Of a DNA stretch of 64,000 nt, positions 60,705 through 64,000 are shown piece after piece. Both the position numbers and the translations under genes were made by a program. Every line of letters begins with the position of its first letter. The first letter of the stretch is position 1. The notes below the pieces were generated by a model, which saw nothing but the letters and a program-made list of their open reading frames with translations, did not search any database and had not been told where the DNA came from. The DNA lies in the NCBI RefSeq assembly GCF_050916055.1, contig NZ_CP051527.1:2737066-2801065 (forward strand). The letters run 5' to 3'. This DNA comes from Sphingopyxis sp. Lineage in GTDB: Bacteria > Pseudomonadota > Alphaproteobacteria > Sphingomonadales > Sphingomonadaceae.

Positions 60705-61130
60705 ATGGCGGCGAGCGGCGCGATCCAGATCGGCGAACTCTCGCGCCGCACCGGCTGCAACATCGAGACGATCCGCTATTATGAGCGAATTGGCCTCTTG
60801 CCGACGCCCTCTCGTCGGGGCCGTTTTCGCAGCTACGCACGCGAAGATGTTGCTCGCCTCGGCTTCGTGCGACGCGCGCGGGAACTGGGCTTCACCTTGG
60901 ACGAAGTGCGCGCGCTGCTCGGACTCGCAAATGGCGGCGAGAGCCGCTGTGCCGACGTCCGCGACCTCGCGGCGTCGCATCTGAAGGACGTGCGCGAACG
61001 GATCGCGGACCTTGAGAGAATGGAACGCGTGCTGGCGGATTCGGTGCGTGCCTGCGACGCCGGTTTGGAGCCGGGATGCCCGCTGCTCGACGCGCTTGGC
61101 GCAGGATCGCGGGACGCAGAAGCCGCGTAG
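60705..61130 (+). CDS. MerR-family regulator (three Cys)
   Basis: IGELSRRTGCNIETIRYYERIGLL, SRCADV, RACDA...GCPLL. Confidence 0.92.
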   Translation: MAASGAIQIGELSRRTGCNIETIRYYERIGLLPTPSRRGRFRSYAREDVARLGFVRRARELGFTLDEVRALLGLANGGESRCADVRDLAASHLKDVRERIADLERMERVLADSVRACDAGLEPGCPLLDALGAGSRDAEAA

Positions 61131-61239
61131 CCACCGCGCGCGCATCCGCTGCAATGAATGAAGAAATGAGGTAGGAACGACGGGGTTGACGGGCGACGGC
61201 TTGTTGCATTCACCGGGCGGCAAAGGATTACAAACAGGC

Positions 61240-61662
61240 ATGGGGCGCGCAAATGAAGCTACGATCGCGATGCGGATCGTCATCGATCGGCCCGTCGTTG
61301 GCGTGACACACAGCCTTCAAACGAAGGATAATCAACCGATCGATGCAAAATGTTCGGCCGCCGGCGAATCCCTGTCGTTCGATTTTCCAGTCCGCATCGC
61401 CCCTGGACCGAAATTCCTTGGCGAGCATGTACGACGCGAAGGTGCCGAAAGACGGTTTGTCTATATCTGCATCGGACAATCGGCCGGGGACGAAGCCTCC
61501 CCTTGGACGCGCCGGATGAAGATCGACATCCATGACATGGAGCAGGAGCTTCTGGATCGTGCGCTACGGGGCGGTATCATCGAAATAACGGTCAGTGGAA
61601 CGGGCAAAGATGGCACACCTGCCTGCGCCACGACCCGGCCGATCGGATGGCGGATCGCCTGA
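61240..61662 (+). CDS. DUF5990-like protein
   Basis: FLGEHV...RRFVYICIG..AG...SPWTRRMKI; recalled family pattern. Confidence 0.6.
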   Translation: MGRANEATIAMRIVIDRPVVGVTHSLQTKDNQPIDAKCSAAGESLSFDFPVRIAPGPKFLGEHVRREGAERRFVYICIGQSAGDEASPWTRRMKIDIHDMEQELLDRALRGGIIEITVSGTGKDGTPACATTRPIGWRIA

Positions 61663-61669
61663 TCAAAAC

Positions 61670-62335
61670 TTAGCCCTTGCGCCCTTCATAAATCGAAATC
61701 GACCCGCTCGGGGTTTGAATGACCTTTGCCTCGGTCACGCCGGCGAACCCCGCCGCTTCGAAGATGCCGGGCATGCAGCCCTTGGCGTTGGGCTCGGTCA
61801 TGTCGAAGCCATCGAGCAACTGCACCTGCCGGAATAATGTCCGCATGAGCAGGTTTCGCTGCAGGCCATAGTCGGCGACCAGCATCAGGCCGCCCGGGGT
61901 AAGGGCCCGATACATGGCGTGCGCAATCGCTTGCTTGGTTTCGATGGCGCATTGGTGGAAGACGAGGCTCGAGACGATGACGTCGCAGCTTCCCACTATA
62001 GCATCGGCCCGGTCGCCCATCGCCTGTTCCCATTGCACCGCGACCCCGGCCGCCTCGGCCTTGCCGCGGGCGAGGTCGAGCGCCGGAGGGTCGGGGTCGA
62101 TCCCGATGACTTCGGCGTCGGGGAAGGCCTGCTTGATGGCGATAGCGAGCGTGCCTGTTCCGCAACCAATATCGACGATCCGCGCATCGCTTGTCGGCGG
62201 GACGCGGCGTATGAGTTCCGAGCGCCAACGCTTTTCGCGTGTCATGAGGGCGATCGCCCGATCATATTGGTCGGTGAGTTCGTGTCGTCCGAGCGGCGGG
62301 ACATAGTCCTGCTCTTGCGCATTGGTCTGGGTCAT
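61670..62335 (-). CDS. Class I SAM-dependent methyltransferase (paralog of 44945-45622)
   Basis: IVDIGCGTG, LVFHQ, LTPGG...ADYG. Confidence 0.9.
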   Translation of the reverse strand: MTQTNAQEQDYVPPLGRHELTDQYDRAIALMTREKRWRSELIRRVPPTSDARIVDIGCGTGTLAIAIKQAFPDAEVIGIDPDPPALDLARGKAEAAGVAVQWEQAMGDRADAIVGSCDVIVSSLVFHQCAIETKQAIAHAMYRALTPGGLMLVADYGLQRNLLMRTLFRQVQLLDGFDMTEPNAKGCMPGIFEAAGFAGVTEAKVIQTPSGSISIYEGRKG

Positions 62336-62412
62336 GCCGACACGCTAGCGCGCACGCGGCGGACGGGCTTGAACGAAGCGGCTACGTCGCGCTAATTGCT
62401 GAGACGCCAGGC

Positions 62413-63099
62413 CTAGGCCGCGAACAGCTGGCTCGCATTGACGCCGAACATATGTTTGATCGTTCGCGCAAAATGCGCAGCGTCAGAAAAGCCGCCGCCG
62501 TGCGCCGCCTCTGTCACATTCTCCCCGGCCGCAAGCCGCTGTGCCGCAAGGCGCATCCTGCGCCAGAGAATATAACGGCGAAGCGGGATGCCAAGCTGCT
62601 CGACGAAGAGATGCCGGAAGCGATCGGGCGAAAGGCCTGCGGCGCCGGCGAGCGCTGCGAGACGAACAGGACCAGTCTCGAGCTGACTGTCGAGCAGCCA
62701 CATGGCATCGATCAGCCGGCGATCGCGCGGCGCCGGCTCTTCCTTCGCCAGCCAGCCCTCCCAGAAGGCGATACCCGAAGGTTGCGAAACGAGCCGATAG
62801 GGCCCGGCCGAAATCGCTGCAACGAGCTCGGGAAGCACCGCGTGCCTTGTCGGTTCGACGAAATAGAGGTCCGCCAGGGCGCAGGGGCCAAGGCGATGCG
62901 GAACATTGGGTTCGATCAGGAGGGCCGGCGTTTCGACGACGGTGCCCGCATGCTCGACACTGGCCGATGGCGCAGCGAAGACGGCCTGTGCGGCGAAATG
63001 ACTATGGGTCACCGAATCGCCAACCGCACCACGCCAGCGAGCCGAAAATTCGCCGATCTCGAGAGTGCCGGGCCAATTGCGCGCGTCCGTCACCGCCAT
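62413..63099 (-). CDS. AraC-family transcriptional regulator
   Basis: HSHF cupin motif; LSPDRFRHLF..QLG..LRRYILWRR, AAHGGGFSDAAHFART. Confidence 0.93.
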   Translation of the reverse strand: MAVTDARNWPGTLEIGEFSARWRGAVGDSVTHSHFAAQAVFAAPSASVEHAGTVVETPALLIEPNVPHRLGPCALADLYFVEPTRHAVLPELVAAISAGPYRLVSQPSGIAFWEGWLAKEEPAPRDRRLIDAMWLLDSQLETGPVRLAALAGAAGLSPDRFRHLFVEQLGIPLRRYILWRRMRLAAQRLAAGENVTEAAHGGGFSDAAHFARTIKHMFGVNASQLFAA

Positions 63100-63115
63100 G
63101 TCCCTTCCGATCAGT

Positions 63116-63763
63116 TTAGCGTTTGCTCGCTTCTACTTCGGCACGGACCTGTGCGTAGAGCGGCTCGGGACCGAATTCTGCCAAGGGCTTCCCGTTGACG
63201 AAGAAGGTGGGCGTTCCCTTGATGCGGAGCGTGTTCGCGTCGGCGATATCGGCCTCCATATTCGCGCGTGCAATATCGGTTGGCATCGCCTTCGCTTTCT
63301 CGACATCGAGGCCGGCCGCCTTTGCAGCCGCCCAGGCGCCGTCCATCTGGCCATCGTGCCATGACGGCTGGGCCTTGAGAACCGCCTCCATCACGGGCTC
63401 CAAAACCCCCTGCTGGCGCGCCGCCTCAAGAATGACGATCGCTTCCGCCGATCCGGGATGAAGCGGGAGGTAACGCATGACAAGGCGGACATCCTTCGGA
63501 TAGGTGGCGAGGATCTGCTTCACCGCGGGATAGAATGCGCGGCACGCTTCACATGACGGATCGAAGAATTCGACGATCGTGACGGGCGCCTTCTTGGGTC
63601 CGATCACGGGCGAGTGAGGCCGGACAAAGGTCTCGGCGGGCAAGGCTGCCGCCACAATCGGCGCCGGCTCGCCTGCGACTGACGCGCTGTATAAAGTGAC
63701 GCCGACCGCGAACGCCCCGGCGGCGATCAGGCCCATCAGGACGACAGCGGATTGTCTTTTCAT
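63116..63763 (-). CDS. DsbA-family thiol-disulfide oxidoreductase
   Basis: IVEFFDPSCEAC, GTPTFFVNG; N-terminal anchor. Confidence 0.9.
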   Translation of the reverse strand: MKRQSAVVLMGLIAAGAFAVGVTLYSASVAGEPAPIVAAALPAETFVRPHSPVIGPKKAPVTIVEFFDPSCEACRAFYPAVKQILATYPKDVRLVMRYLPLHPGSAEAIVILEAARQQGVLEPVMEAVLKAQPSWHDGQMDGAWAAAKAAGLDVEKAKAMPTDIARANMEADIADANTLRIKGTPTFFVNGKPLAEFGPEPLYAQVRAEVEASKR

Positions 63764-63999
63764 GATTTCGAGTTCCGATAGCAAAACATGAGGAAAAGGA
63801 TGATGGCGGTGAAGGCGCCGAGCGACAGCAGCGGTATGGGAAGGCTGCCAAAGAGAGACATGGCGCCCTCGGCGCACGATGGTCCGGCGCCGCAGGGCTG
63901 TAGCGCTTGAGACACGACGCCGAGATAGAGGAGAAGATGGTATAAGGCGACGACCCAGCCGATCGCAGCGAGCGGCGCGGCATAAGCGATAACGCCTCG
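63760..63999 (-). CDS. DsbB/BdbC-family disulfide formation protein, C-terminal part
   Basis: YAAPLAAIGW..ALYH...PCGAGPSCA...IPLLSL.AF; the stop overlaps the dsbA start. Not in the ORF track because the 5' end is outside the window. Confidence 0.8.
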   Translation of the reverse strand, partial: RGVIAYAAPLAAIGWVVALYHLLLYLGVVSQALQPCGAGPSCAEGAMSLFGSLPIPLLSLGAFTAIILFLMFCYRNSKS

Positions 64000-64000
64000 G

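Overview
GC-rich alphaproteobacterial DNA, probably Sphingomonadaceae (inferred from gene content and style). Bases 1-5.8 kb are ordinary chromosome: an M61-type peptidase end, P450, globin, DUF853/HerA-like ATPase and S41 peptidase. At 5805-5849 the 3' half of a tRNA-Gly(GCC), cut exactly at the anticodon loop, marks an att site next to an intact tyrosine integrase. Everything to the right is a genomic island that runs past the window end (>58 kb). The island is a mosaic of three parts. (i) IS debris: two IS5/IS427-type copies, a 185-bp IS21-like miniature element, IS66, IS3 and IS21 remnants, and a decayed LOV-HWE kinase. (ii) An aldehyde/electrophile and general-stress module: TetR-MDR, frmR-frmA, a UvrA2-like protein, a GSH-independent formaldehyde dehydrogenase, two DJ-1/PfpI proteins, gloA, an OYE, an MRJP lipoprotein, an SDR, an ABM and a LysR, with three EcfG-like promoters. 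(iii) After a second integrase, a large metal module: decapitated ars operon, HutC + TonB receptor + two PepSY proteins, copAB, copCD, Cu-ATPase, cusCBAF-like RND system, three MerR divergons, cytochrome c-FTR1 and dsbAB. Best leads: a CnrYXH-type ECF sigma/anti-sigma system whose promoter motif (YGAGGGS-N15-CGTAT) is found four times, before its own operon and the copper genes; a HutC-boxed TonB receptor-PepSY operon with no hut genes; a CxPEHAxMGHC motif shared by CopA and CopB; paired methyltransferases; and a UvrA2 embedded among formaldehyde genes. All calls come from reading motifs by eye; no database searches were run.
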